Below, one piece after another: positions 39,601 to 50,910 of a stretch of DNA of 64,000 nucleotides. Source of the stretch: Utricularia gibba (taxonomy: Eukaryota > Plantae > Magnoliophyta); the NCBI GenBank assembly GCA_002189035.1, contig NEEC01000072.1:1-64000 (forward strand), read 5' to 3'. The notes beneath the pieces are model-generated. The model was not told where the DNA came from. It saw only the letters and a list, made by a program, of their open reading frames with translations, and did not search any database. Position 1 is the stretch's first letter. Every line of letters begins with the position of its first letter. Both the position numbers and the translations under genes were made by a program.

Positions 39601-41706
39601 TGGGTCCTCACAAAGTTCCCAACAACAGCACCCGCCAAAAAACGACAACTTTTCCTTCAAAAAGCATGTAGGCAGCCACCGAAAACCCAACGTTAATAAA
39701 TGCATCACTTCTTTGGCCGGGCTACAAATGACTATGGGCCAGAGCGCGACTCGACCATTTGCTCGATACTGGAGCCGCCTAGAGCGCCTCCTCAAATATA
39801 AATCAGGTTGTTGAGAAAACCATTTGGGGTTCTCATGACATCCTAACTAAAGCGAATGCATACGATTTCGTCGAGTACGACCCGATTGGGCTTAGTAGCC
39901 AGACCGAATCTCGGGCCCTGACAAAGCTCCCAACTACAGCACCCACCTTAAAACGGCAAGCTGTTGCTTGAAAAACCATTTAGGCAGCCGCTGAATACCC
40001 AACGTTGATAAATGCATCACTTATTTCCGGGCCACAACTGACTATGGGCCTGAGCCCGACCCGACCTCTGGCCCAATCCTGAAACCCCCCAAGAGCGCCT
40101 TCTGAAATATAAAGTAGAGTGTTGAGAAAACCCATTGGGGTTCTCATGACATCCTAACTACAGCAAATGCGTTACGATTTTCGTCGAGTGCGACCCGATT
40201 GGGCTTAGTAGCCAGACCGAATCTCGGGCCGGACAAAGCTCCCAACGACAGCACCCGCCTTTAAATGGCAAGCTGTTGCTTGAAAAACCATGTGGGCAGC
40301 CGCCGACAACCCAACGTTAATAAATGCATCACTTTTTTTGGCCAGGCTACAAATGACTATGGGCCAGAGCGCGACTCGACCATTTGCTCGATACTGGTGC
40401 CCGCCTAGAGCGCCTCCTCAAATACAAATCAGGTTGTTGAGAAACCATTTGGGGTGCTCATGACATCCTAACTTCAGCAAATGCATCACGATTTTCATCG
40501 AGTAGCACCCGATTGGGCTCAGGAGCCAGACCGAACCTTGGGCCCTAACAAAGCTGCCAACGACAGCACTCGCCTTAAAACGGCAAGCTATTGCTTGAAA
40601 AACCATTTAGGCAGCCGCCGAAAACCCATCGTTGATAAATGCATCACTTATTTTCCGGGCTACAACTGACTATGGCCTGAGCCCGACCCGACCTCTGGCC
40701 CAATCCCGAAACCCTCCGAGAGCGCCTTCTCAAATATAGCAGAGTGTTGAGAAAACCATTGGGGTTCTCATGACATCCTAACTAAAGCAAATGCATTACG
40801 ATTTCGTCGAGTACGACCCGATTGGGTTTAGTAGCCAGACCGAATCTCGGGCCCTGACAAAGCTCCCAACTACAGCACCCACCTTAAAACGGCAAGCTGT
40901 TGCTTGAAAAACCATTTAGGCAGCCGCCGAAAACCCATCGTTGATAAATGCATCACTTATTTTCCGGGCTACAACTGACTATTGGCCTGAGCCCGACCCG
41001 ACCTCTGGCCCAATCCCGAAACCCTCCGAGGGCGCCTTCTCAAATATATAGCAGAGTGTTGAGAAAACCCATTGGGTTCTCATGACATCCTAACTACATC
41101 AAATGCGTTACGATTTTCGTCGAGTGCGACCCGATTGGGCTTAGTAGCCAGACCGAATCTCGGGCCGGACAAAGCTCCCAACGACAGCACCCGCCTTTAA
41201 ATGGCAAGCTGTTGCTTGAAAAACCATGTGGGCAGCCGCCGACAACCCAACGTTAATAAATGCATCACTTCTTTTGCCGGGCTACAGCTGACTATGGGCT
41301 CAAGCCCGACCCGAATCCGGCCCGATCTCGGTGACCCACAAAAGCGCCTTGTCAAGTGTAAAGCATGCTGTTGAAAAAACCATTTGGGGTGGTCATGAGA
41401 TCCTAACTTCAATAAAGGTATCACGATTTTCGTCGAATGGGAACAGATTGTGCTGTGAAGTCAGACCAAACCTTGGGTCCTCACAAAGTTCCCAACAACA
41501 GCACCCGCCAAAAAACGACAACTTTTCCTTCAAAAAGCATGTAGGCAGCCACCGAAAACCCAACGTTAATAAATGCATCACTTCTTTGGCCGGGCTACAA
41601 ATGACTATGGGCCAGAGCGCGACTCGACCATTTGCTCGATACTGGAGCCGCCTAGAGCGCCTCCTCAAATATAAATCAGGTTGTTGAGAAAACCATTTGG
41701 GGTTCT
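20134..41706 (+). repeat. Central homogeneous domain: 14-unit HOR (~4378 bp; RSQ' RSQ' RP RSQ' RPQ) with intervening 8- and 9-unit variants
   Basis: HOR starts are at 20134, 24511, 28890, 36703 and 41081 (spacings 4377, 4379, 7813, 4378). Private SNPs recur in register: GCGCTTTCTG at about 21961, 26339, 30718 and 38531, and GCAGCAACCG at about 24980, 29359 and 37171. Confidence 0.9.
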
Positions 41707-43575
41707 CATGACATCCTAACTAAAGCGAATGCATACGATTTCGTCGAGTACGACCCGATTGGGCTTAGTAGCCAGACCGAATCTCGGGCCCTGACAAAGC
41801 TCCCAACTACAGCACCCACCTTAAAACGGCAAGCTGTTGCTTGAAAAACCATTTAGGCAGCCGCCGAAACCCAACGTTGATAAATGCATCACTTATTTTC
41901 CGGGCCACAACTGACTATGGGCCTGAGCCCGACCCGACCTCTGGCCCAATCCCGAAACCCCCAAGAGCGCCTTCTCAAATATAAAGTAGAGTGTTGAGAA
42001 AACCATTGGGGTTCTCATGACATCCTAACTACAACAAATGCATTACGATTTTCGTCGAGTGCGACCCGATTGGGCTTAGTAGCCAGACCGAATCTCGGGC
42101 CGGACAAAGCTCCCAACGACAGCACCCGCCTTAAATGGCAAGCTGTTGCTTGAAAAACCATGTGGGCAGCCGCCGACAACCCAACGTTAATAAATGCATC
42201 ACTTTTTTCCGGGCTACAGCTGACTATGGGCTCAAGCCCGACCCGAATCCGGCCGATCTCGGTGACCCACAAAAGCGCCTTGTCAAGTGTAAAGCATGCT
42301 GTTGAAAAAACTTTGGGGTGGTCATGAGATCCTAACTTCAATAAAGGTATCACGATTTTCGTCGAATGGGAACAGATTGTGCTGTGAAGTCAGACCAACT
42401 TGGGTCCTCACAAGTTCCCAACAACAGCACCCGCCAAAAAACGACAACTTTTCCTTCAAAAAGCATGTAGGCAGCCACCGAAAACCAACGTTAATAAATG
42501 CATCACTTTTTTGGCCGGGCTACAAATGACTATGGGCCAGAGCGCGACTCGACCATTTGCTCGATACTGTGCCCGCCTAGAGCGCCTCTCAAATATAAAT
42601 CAAATATAAATCAGGTTGTTGAGAAAACCATTTGGGTGCTCATGACATCCTAACTTCAAAAAATGCATCACGATTTTCATCGAGTAGCACCCGATTGGGC
42701 TCAGGAGCCAGACCGAACCTTGGGCCCTACAAAGCTGCCAACGACAGCACCGCCTTAAAACGGCAAGCTATTGCTTGAAAAACCATTTAGGCAGCCGCCG
42801 AAAACCCAACGTTGATAAATGCATCACTTATTTTCCGGGCTACAACTGACTATGGCCTGAGCCCGACCCGACCTCTGGCCCAATCCCGAAACCCCCAAGA
42901 GCGCCTTCTGAAATATAAAGTAGAGTGTTGAGAAAACCCATTGGGGTTCTCATGACATCCTAACTAAAGCAAATGCATTACGATTTCGTCGAGTACGACC
43001 CGATTGGGCTTAGTAGCCAGACCGAATCTCGGGCCCTGACAAAGCTCCCAACTACAGCACCCACCTTAAAACGGCAAGCTGTTGCTTGAAAAACCATTTA
43101 GGCAGCCGCCGAAAACCCAACGTTGATAAATGCATCACTTTTTTCCGGGCCACAACTGACTATGGCCTGAGCCCGACCCGACCTCTGGCCCAATCCTGAA
43201 ACCCCCCAAGAGCGCCTTCTGAAATATAAAGTAGAGTGTTGAGAAAACCCATTGGGGTTCTCATGACATCCTAACTACAGCAAATGCGTTACGATTTTCG
43301 TCGAGTGCGACCCGATTGGGCTTAGTAGCCAGACCGAATCTCGGGCCGGACAAAGCTCCCAACGACAGCACCCGCCTTTAAATGGCAAGCTGTTGCTTGA
43401 AAAACCATGTGGGCAGCCGCCGACAACCCAACGTTAATAAATGCATCACTTTTTTGGCCAGGCTACAAATGACTATGGGCCAGAGCGCGACTCGACCATT
43501 TGCTCGATACTGGTGCCCGCCTAGAGCGCCTCCTCAAATATAAATCAGGTTGTTGAGAAAACCATTTGGGGTGCT

Positions 43576-46500
43576 CATGACATCCTAACTTCAGCAAATG
43601 CATCACGATTTTCATCGAGTAGCACCCGATTGGGCTCAGGAGCCAGACCGAACCTTGGGCCCTAACAAAGCTGCCAACGACAGCACTCGCCTTAAAACGG
43701 CAAGCTATTGCTTGAAAAACCATTTAGGCAGCCGCCGAAAACCCATCGTTGATAAATGCATCACTTATTTTCCGGGCTACAACTGACTATTGGCCTGAGC
43801 CCGACCCGACCTCTGGCCCAATCCCGAAACCCTCCGAGAGCGCCTTCTCAAATATATAGCAGAGTGTTGAGAAAACCCATTGGGGTTCTCATGACATCCT
43901 AACTAAAGCAAATGCATTACGATTTCGTCGAGTACGACCCGATTGGGCTTAGTAGCCAGACCGAATCTCGGGCCCTGACAAAGCTCCCAACTACAGCACC
44001 CACCTTAAAACGGCAAGCTGTTGCTTGAAAAACCATTTAGGCAGCCGCCGAAAACCCATCGTTGATAAATGCATCACTTATTTTCCGGGCTACAACTGAC
44101 TATTGGCCTGAGCCCGACCCGACCTCTGGCCCAATCCCGAAACCCCCGAGGGCGCCTTCTCAAATATATAGCAGAGTGTTGAGAAAACCCATTGGGGTTC
44201 TCATGACATCCTAACTACATCAAATGCGTTACGATTTTCGTCGAGTGCGACCCGATTGGGCTTAGTAGCCAGACCGAATCTCGGGCCGGACAAAGCTCCC
44301 AACGACAGCACCCGCCTTTAAATGGCAAGCTGTTGCTTGAAAAACCATGTGGGCAGCCGCCGACAACCCAACGTTAATAAATGCATCACTTCTTTTGCCG
44401 GGCTACAGCTGACTATGGGCTCAAGCCCGACCCGAATCCGGCCCGATCTCGGTGACCCACAAAAGCGCCTTGTCAAGTGTAAAGCATGCTGTTGAAAAAA
44501 CCATTTGGGGTGGTCATGAGATCCTAACTTCAATAAAGGTATCACGATTTTCGTCGAATGGGACAGATTGTGCTGTGAAGTCAGACCAAACCTTGGGTCC
44601 TCACAAAGTTCCCAACAACAGCACCCGCCAAAAAACGACAACTTTTCCTTCAAAAAGCATGTAGGCAGCCACCGAAAACCCAACGTTAATAAATGCATCA
44701 CTTCTTTGGCCGGGCTACAAATGACTATGGGCCAGAGCGCGACTCGACCATTTGCTCGATACTCCCGCCTAGAGCGCCTCCTCAAATATAAATCAGGTTG
44801 TTGAGAAAACCATTTGGGGTTCTCATGACATCCTAACTAAAGCGAATGCATACGATTTCGTCGAGTACGACCCGATTGGGCTTAGTAGCCAGACCGAATC
44901 TCGGGCCCTGACAAAGCTCCCAACTACAGCACCCACCTTAAAACGGCAAGCTGTTGCTTGAAAAACCATTTAGGCAGCCGCGAAACCCAACGTTGATAAA
45001 TGCATCACTTATTTTCCGGGCCACAACTGACTATGGGCCTGAGCCCGACCCGACCTCTGGCCCAATCCTGAAACCCCCCAAGAGCGCTTCTGAATATAAA
45101 GTAGAGTGTTGAGAAAACCCATTGGGGTTCTCATGACATCCTAACTACAGCAAATGCGTTACGATTTTCGTCGAGTGCGACCCGATTGGGCTTAGTAGCC
45201 AGACCGAATCTCGGGCCGGACAAAGCTCCCAACGACAGCACCCGCCTTTAAATGGCAAGCTGTTGCTTGAAAAACCATGGGCAGCCGCCGACAACCCAAC
45301 GTTAATAAATGCATCACTTTTTTGGCCAGGCTACAAATGACTATGGGCCAGAGCGCGACTCGACCATTTGCTCGATACTGGTGCCCGCCTAGAGCGCCTC
45401 CTCAAATATAAATCAGGTTGTTGAGAAACCATCATGACATCCTAACTTCAGCAAATGCATCACGATTTTCATCGAGTAGCACCCGATTGGGCTCAGGAGC
45501 CAGACCGAACCTTGGGCCCTAACAAAGCTGCCAACGACAGCACTCGCTTAAAACGGCAAGCTATTGCTTGAAAAACCATTTAGGCAGCCGCCGAAAACCC
45601 ATCGTTGATAAATGCATCACTTATTTTCCGGGCTACAACTGACTATGGCCTGAGCCCGACCCGACCTCTGGCCCAATCCCGAAACCCTCCGAGAGCGCCT
45701 TCTCAAATATATAGCAGAGTGTTGAGAAAACCATTGGGGTTCTCATGACATCCTAACTAAAGCAAATGCATTACGATTTCGTCGAGTACGACCCGATTGG
45801 GCTTAGTAGCCAGACCGAATCTCGGGCCCTGACAAAGCTCCAACTACAGCACCCACCTTAAAACGGCAAGCTGTTGCTTGAAAAACCATTTAGGCAGCCG
45901 CCGAAAACCCATCGTTGATAAATGCATCACTTATTTTCCGGGCTACAACTGACTATTGGCCTGAGCCCGACCCGACCTCTGGCCCAATCCCGAAACCCTC
46001 CGAGGGCGCCTTCTCAAATATATAGCAGAGTGTTGAGAAAACCATTGGGGTTCTCATGACATCCTAACTACATCAAATGCGTTACGATTTTCGTCGAGTG
46101 CGACCCGATTGGGCTTAGTAGCCAGACCGAATCTCGGGCCGGACAAAGCTCCCAACGACAGCACCCGCCTTTAAATGGCAAGCTGTTGCTTGAAAAACCA
46201 TGTGGGCAGCCGCCGACAACCCAACGTTAATAAATGCATCACTTCTTTTGCCGGGCTACAGCTGACTATGGGCTCAAGCCCGACCCGAATCCGGCCCGAT
46301 CTCGGTGACCCACAAAAGCGCCTTGTCAAGTGTAAAGCATGCTGTTGAAAAAACCATTTGGGGTGGTCATGAGATCCTAACTTCAATAAAGGTATCACGA
46401 TTTTCGTCGAATGGGAACAGATTGTGCTGTGAAGTCAGACCAAACCTTGGGTCCTCACAAAGTTCCCAACAACAGCACCCGCCAAAAAACGACAACTTTT

Positions 46501-48857
46501 CCTTCAAAAAGCATGTAGGCAGCCACCGAAAACCCAACGTTAATAAATGCATCACTTCTTTGGCCGGGCTACAAATGACTATGGGCCAGAGCGCGACTCG
46601 ACCATTTGCTCGATACTGGAGCCCGCCTAGAGCGCCTCCTCAAATATAAATCAGGTTGTTGAGAAAACCATTTGGGGTTCTCATGACATCCTAACTAAAG
46701 CGAATGCATACGATTTCGTCGAGTACGACCCGATTGGGCTTAGTAGCCAGACCGAATCTCGGGCCCTGACAAAGCTCCCAACTACAGCACCCACCTTAAA
46801 ACGGCAAGCTGTTGCTTGAAAAACCATTTAGGCAGCCGCGAAACCCAACGTTGATAAATGCATCACTTATTTTCCGGGCCACAACTGACTATGGGCCTGA
46901 GCCCGACCCGACCTCTGGCCCAATCCTGAAACCCCCCAAGAGCGCCTTCTGAAATATAAAGTAGAGTGTTGAGAAAACCCATTGGGGTTCTCATGACATC
47001 CTAACTACAGCAAATGCGTTACGATTTTCGTCGAGTGCGACCCGATTGGGCTTAGTAGCCAGACCGAATCTCGGGCCGGACAAAGCTCCCAACGACAGCA
47101 CCCGCCTTTAAATGGCAAGCTGTTGCTTGAAAAACCATGTGGGCAGCCGCCGACAACCCAACGTTAATAAATGCATCACTTTTTTGGCCAGGCTACAAAT
47201 GACTATGGGCCAGAGCGCGACTCGACCATTTGCTCGATACTGGTGCCCGCCTAGAGCGCCTCCTCAAAATAAATCAGGTGTTGAGAAACCATTTGGGGTG
47301 CTCATGACATCCTAACTTCAGCAAATGCATCACGATTTTCATCGAGTAGCACCCGATTGGGCTCAGGAGCCAGACCGAACCTTGGGCCCTAACAAAGCCC
47401 AACGACAGCACTCGCCTTAAAACGGCAAGCTATTGCTTGAAAAACCATTTAGGCAGCCGCCGAAAACCCATCGTTGATAAATGCATCACTTATTTTCCGG
47501 GCTACAACTGACTATGGCCTGAGCCCGACCCGACCTCTGGCCCAATCCCGAAACCCTCGAGAGCGCCTTCTCAAATATATAGCAGAGTGTTGAGAAAACC
47601 CATTGGGGTTCTCATGACATCCTAACTAAAGCAAATGCATTACGATTTCGTCGAGTACGACCCGATTGGGTTAGTAGCCAGACCGAATCTCGGGCCCTGA
47701 CAAAGCTCCCAACTACAGCACCCACCTTAAAACGGCAAGCTGTTGCTTGAAAAACCATTTAGGCAGCCGCCGAAAACCCATCGTTGATAAATGCATCACT
47801 TATTTTCCGGGCTACAACTGACTATTGGCCTGAGCCCGACCCGACCTCTGGCCCAATCCCGAAAACCCTCCGAGGGCGCCTTCTCAAATATATAGCAGAG
47901 TGTTGAGAAAACCCATTGGGGTTCTCATGACATCCTAACTACATCAAATGCGTTACGATTTTCGTCGAGTGCGACCCGATTGGGCTTAGTAGCCAGACCG
48001 AATCTCGGGCCGGACAAAGCTCCCAACGACAGCACCCGCCTTTAAATGGCAAGCTGTTGCTTGAAAAACCATGTGGGCAGCCGCCGACAACCCAACGTTA
48101 ATAAATGCATCACTTCTTTTGCCGGGCTACAGCTGACTATGGGCTCAAGCCCGACCCGAATCCCCCGATCTCGGTGACCCACAAAAGCGCCTTGTCAAGT
48201 GTAAAGCATGCTGTTGAAAAAACCATTTGGGGTGGTCATGAGATCCTAACTTCAATAAAGGTATCACGATTTTCGTCGAATGGGAACAGATTGTGCTGTG
48301 AAGTCAGACCAAACCTTGGGTCCTCACAAGTTCCCAACAACAGCACCCGCCAAAAACGACAACTTTTCCTTCAAAAAGCATGTAGGCAGCCACCGAAAAC
48401 CCAACGTTAATAAATGCATCACTTCTTTGGCCGGGCTACAAATGACTATGGGCCAGAGCGCGACTCGACCATTTGCTCGATACTGGAGCCCGCCTAGAGC
48501 GCCTCCTCAAATATAAATCAGGTTGTTGAGAAAACCATTTGGGGTTCTCATGACATCCTAACTAAAGCGAATGCATACGATTTCGTCGAGTACGACCCGA
48601 TTGGGCTTAGTAGCCAGACCGAATCTCGGGCCCTGACAAAGCTCCCAACTACAGCACCACCTTAAAACGGCAAGCTGTTGCTTGAAAAACCATTTAGGCA
48701 GCCGCTGAAACCCAACGTTGATAAATGCATCACTTATTTTCCGGGCCACAACTGACTATGGGCCTGAGCCCGACCCGACCTCTGGCCCAATCCTGAAACC
48801 CCCCAAGAGCGCCTTCTCAAATATATAGCAGAGTGTTGAGAAAACCATTGGGGTTCT
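43576..48857 (+). repeat. 6-unit HOR (P Q R S Q' R, ~1.86 kb), about 3 copies
   Basis: P anchors are at 43576, 45433 and 47303 (spacings 1857 and 1870). The unit order matches 241-2106. Confidence 0.85.
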
Positions 48858-50294
48858 CATGACATCCTAACTACAACAAATGCATTACGATTTTCGTCGA
48901 GTGCGACCCGATTGGGCTTAGTAGCCAGACCGAATCTCGGGCCGGACAAAGCTCCCACGACAGCACCCGCCTTAAATGGCAAGCTGTTGCTTGAAAACCA
49001 TGTGGGCAGCCGCCGCAACGTTAATAAATGCATCACTTCTTTTGCCGGGCTACAGCTGACTTTGGGCTCAAGACCGACCCGAATCCGGCCCGATCTCGGT
49101 GAAAAGCGCCCCTGTTGAAAAACCATTTGGGGTGGTCATGAGATCCTAACTTCAATAAAGGTATCACGATTTTCGTCATTGTGCTGTGAAGTCAGACCAC
49201 CTTGGGTCCTCACAAAGTTCCCAACAACAGCACCCGCCAAAAAACGCAAAAGCATGTAGGCAGCCACCGAAACCCAACGTTAATAAATGCATCACTTTTT
49301 GGCCGGGCTACAAATGACTATGGGCCAGAGCGCGACTCGACCATTTGCTCGATACTGGTGCCCGCCTAGAGCGCCTCCTCAAATATAAATCAGGTTGTTG
49401 AGAAACCATTTGGGGCTCATGACATCCTAACTTCAGCAAATGCATCACGATTTTCATCGAGTAGCACCCGATTGGGCTCAGAGCCAGACCGAACCTTGGG
49501 CCCTAACAAAGCTGCCAACGACAGCACTCGCCTTAAAACGGCAAGCTATTGCTTGAAAAACCATTTAGGCAGCCGCCGAAAACCCATCGTTGATAAATGC
49601 ATCACTTATTTTCCGGGCTACAACTGACTATGGCCTGAGCCGACCCGACCTCTGGCCCAATCCCGAAACCCCCGAAGCGCCTTCTCAAATATATAGCAGA
49701 GTGTTGAGAAAACCATTGGGGTTCTCATGACATCCTAACTAAAGCAAATGCATTACGATTTCGTCGAGTACGACCCGATTGGCTTAGTAGCCAGACCGAA
49801 TCTCGGGCCCTGACAAAGCTCCCAACACAGGCAAGCTGTTGCTTGAAAAACCATTTAGGCAGCCGCAACCCAACGTTGATAAATGCATCACTTATTTTCC
49901 GGGCTACAACTGACTATGGGCCTGAGCCCGACCCGACAATCCTCCTAGAGCGCCTTCTCAAATATATCGTTGAGAAAACCAATTGGGGTTCTCATGACAT
50001 CCTAACTATGCATACGATTTCGTCGAGTACGACCCGATTGGGCTTAGTAGCCAGACCGAATCTCGGGCCCTGACAAAGCTCCCAACTACAGCACCCACCT
50101 TAAAACGGCAAGCTGTTGCTTGAAAAACCATTTAGGCAGCCGCCGAAAACCCAACGTTGATAAATGCATCACTTATTTTCCGGGCCACAACTGACTATGG
50201 CCTGAGCCCGACCCGACCTCTGGCCCAATCCGAAACCCCCCAAGAGCGCCTTCTCAAATATATAGCAGAGTGTTGAGAAAACCATTGGGGTTCT
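48858..50294 (+). repeat. Deletion-riddled satellite segment (degenerate or poorly resolved)
   Basis: Unit lengths are 279, 281, 308, 267 and 302 bp (anchors 48858, 49137, 49418, 49726, 49993, 50295), with several deletions of about 5-20 bp relative to consensus. Confidence 0.85.
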
Positions 50295-50910
50295 CATGAC
50301 ATCCTAACTACAACAAATGCGTTACGATTTTCGTCGAGTGCGACCCGATTGGGCTTAGTAGCCAGACCGAATCTCGGCCGGACAAAGCTCCCGACAGCAC
50401 CCGCCTTAAATGGCAAGCTGTTGCTTGAAAAACCATGTGGGCAGCCGCCGACAACCCAACGTTAATAAATGCATCACTTCTTTTGCCGGGCTACAGCTGA
50501 CTTTGGGCTCAAACCGACCCGAATCCGGCCCGATCTCGGTGACCCACAAAAGCGCCTTGTCAAGTGTAAAGCATGCTGTTGAAAAAACCATTTGGGGTGG
50601 TCATGAGATCCTAACTTCATAAAGGTATCACGATTTTCGTCGAATGGGAGATTGTGCTGTGAAGTCAGACCAAACCTTGGGTCCTCACAAAGTTCCCAAC
50701 AACAGCACCCGCCAAAAAACGACAACTTTTCCTTCAAAAAGCATGTAGGCAGCCACCGAAAACCAACGTTAATAAATGCATCACTTCTTTGGCCGGGCTA
50801 CAAATGACTATGGGCCAGAGCGCGACTCGACCATTTGCTCGATACTGGTGCCCGCCTAGAGCGCCTCCTCAAATATAAATCAGGTTGTTGAGAAAACCAT
50901 TTGGGGTGCT

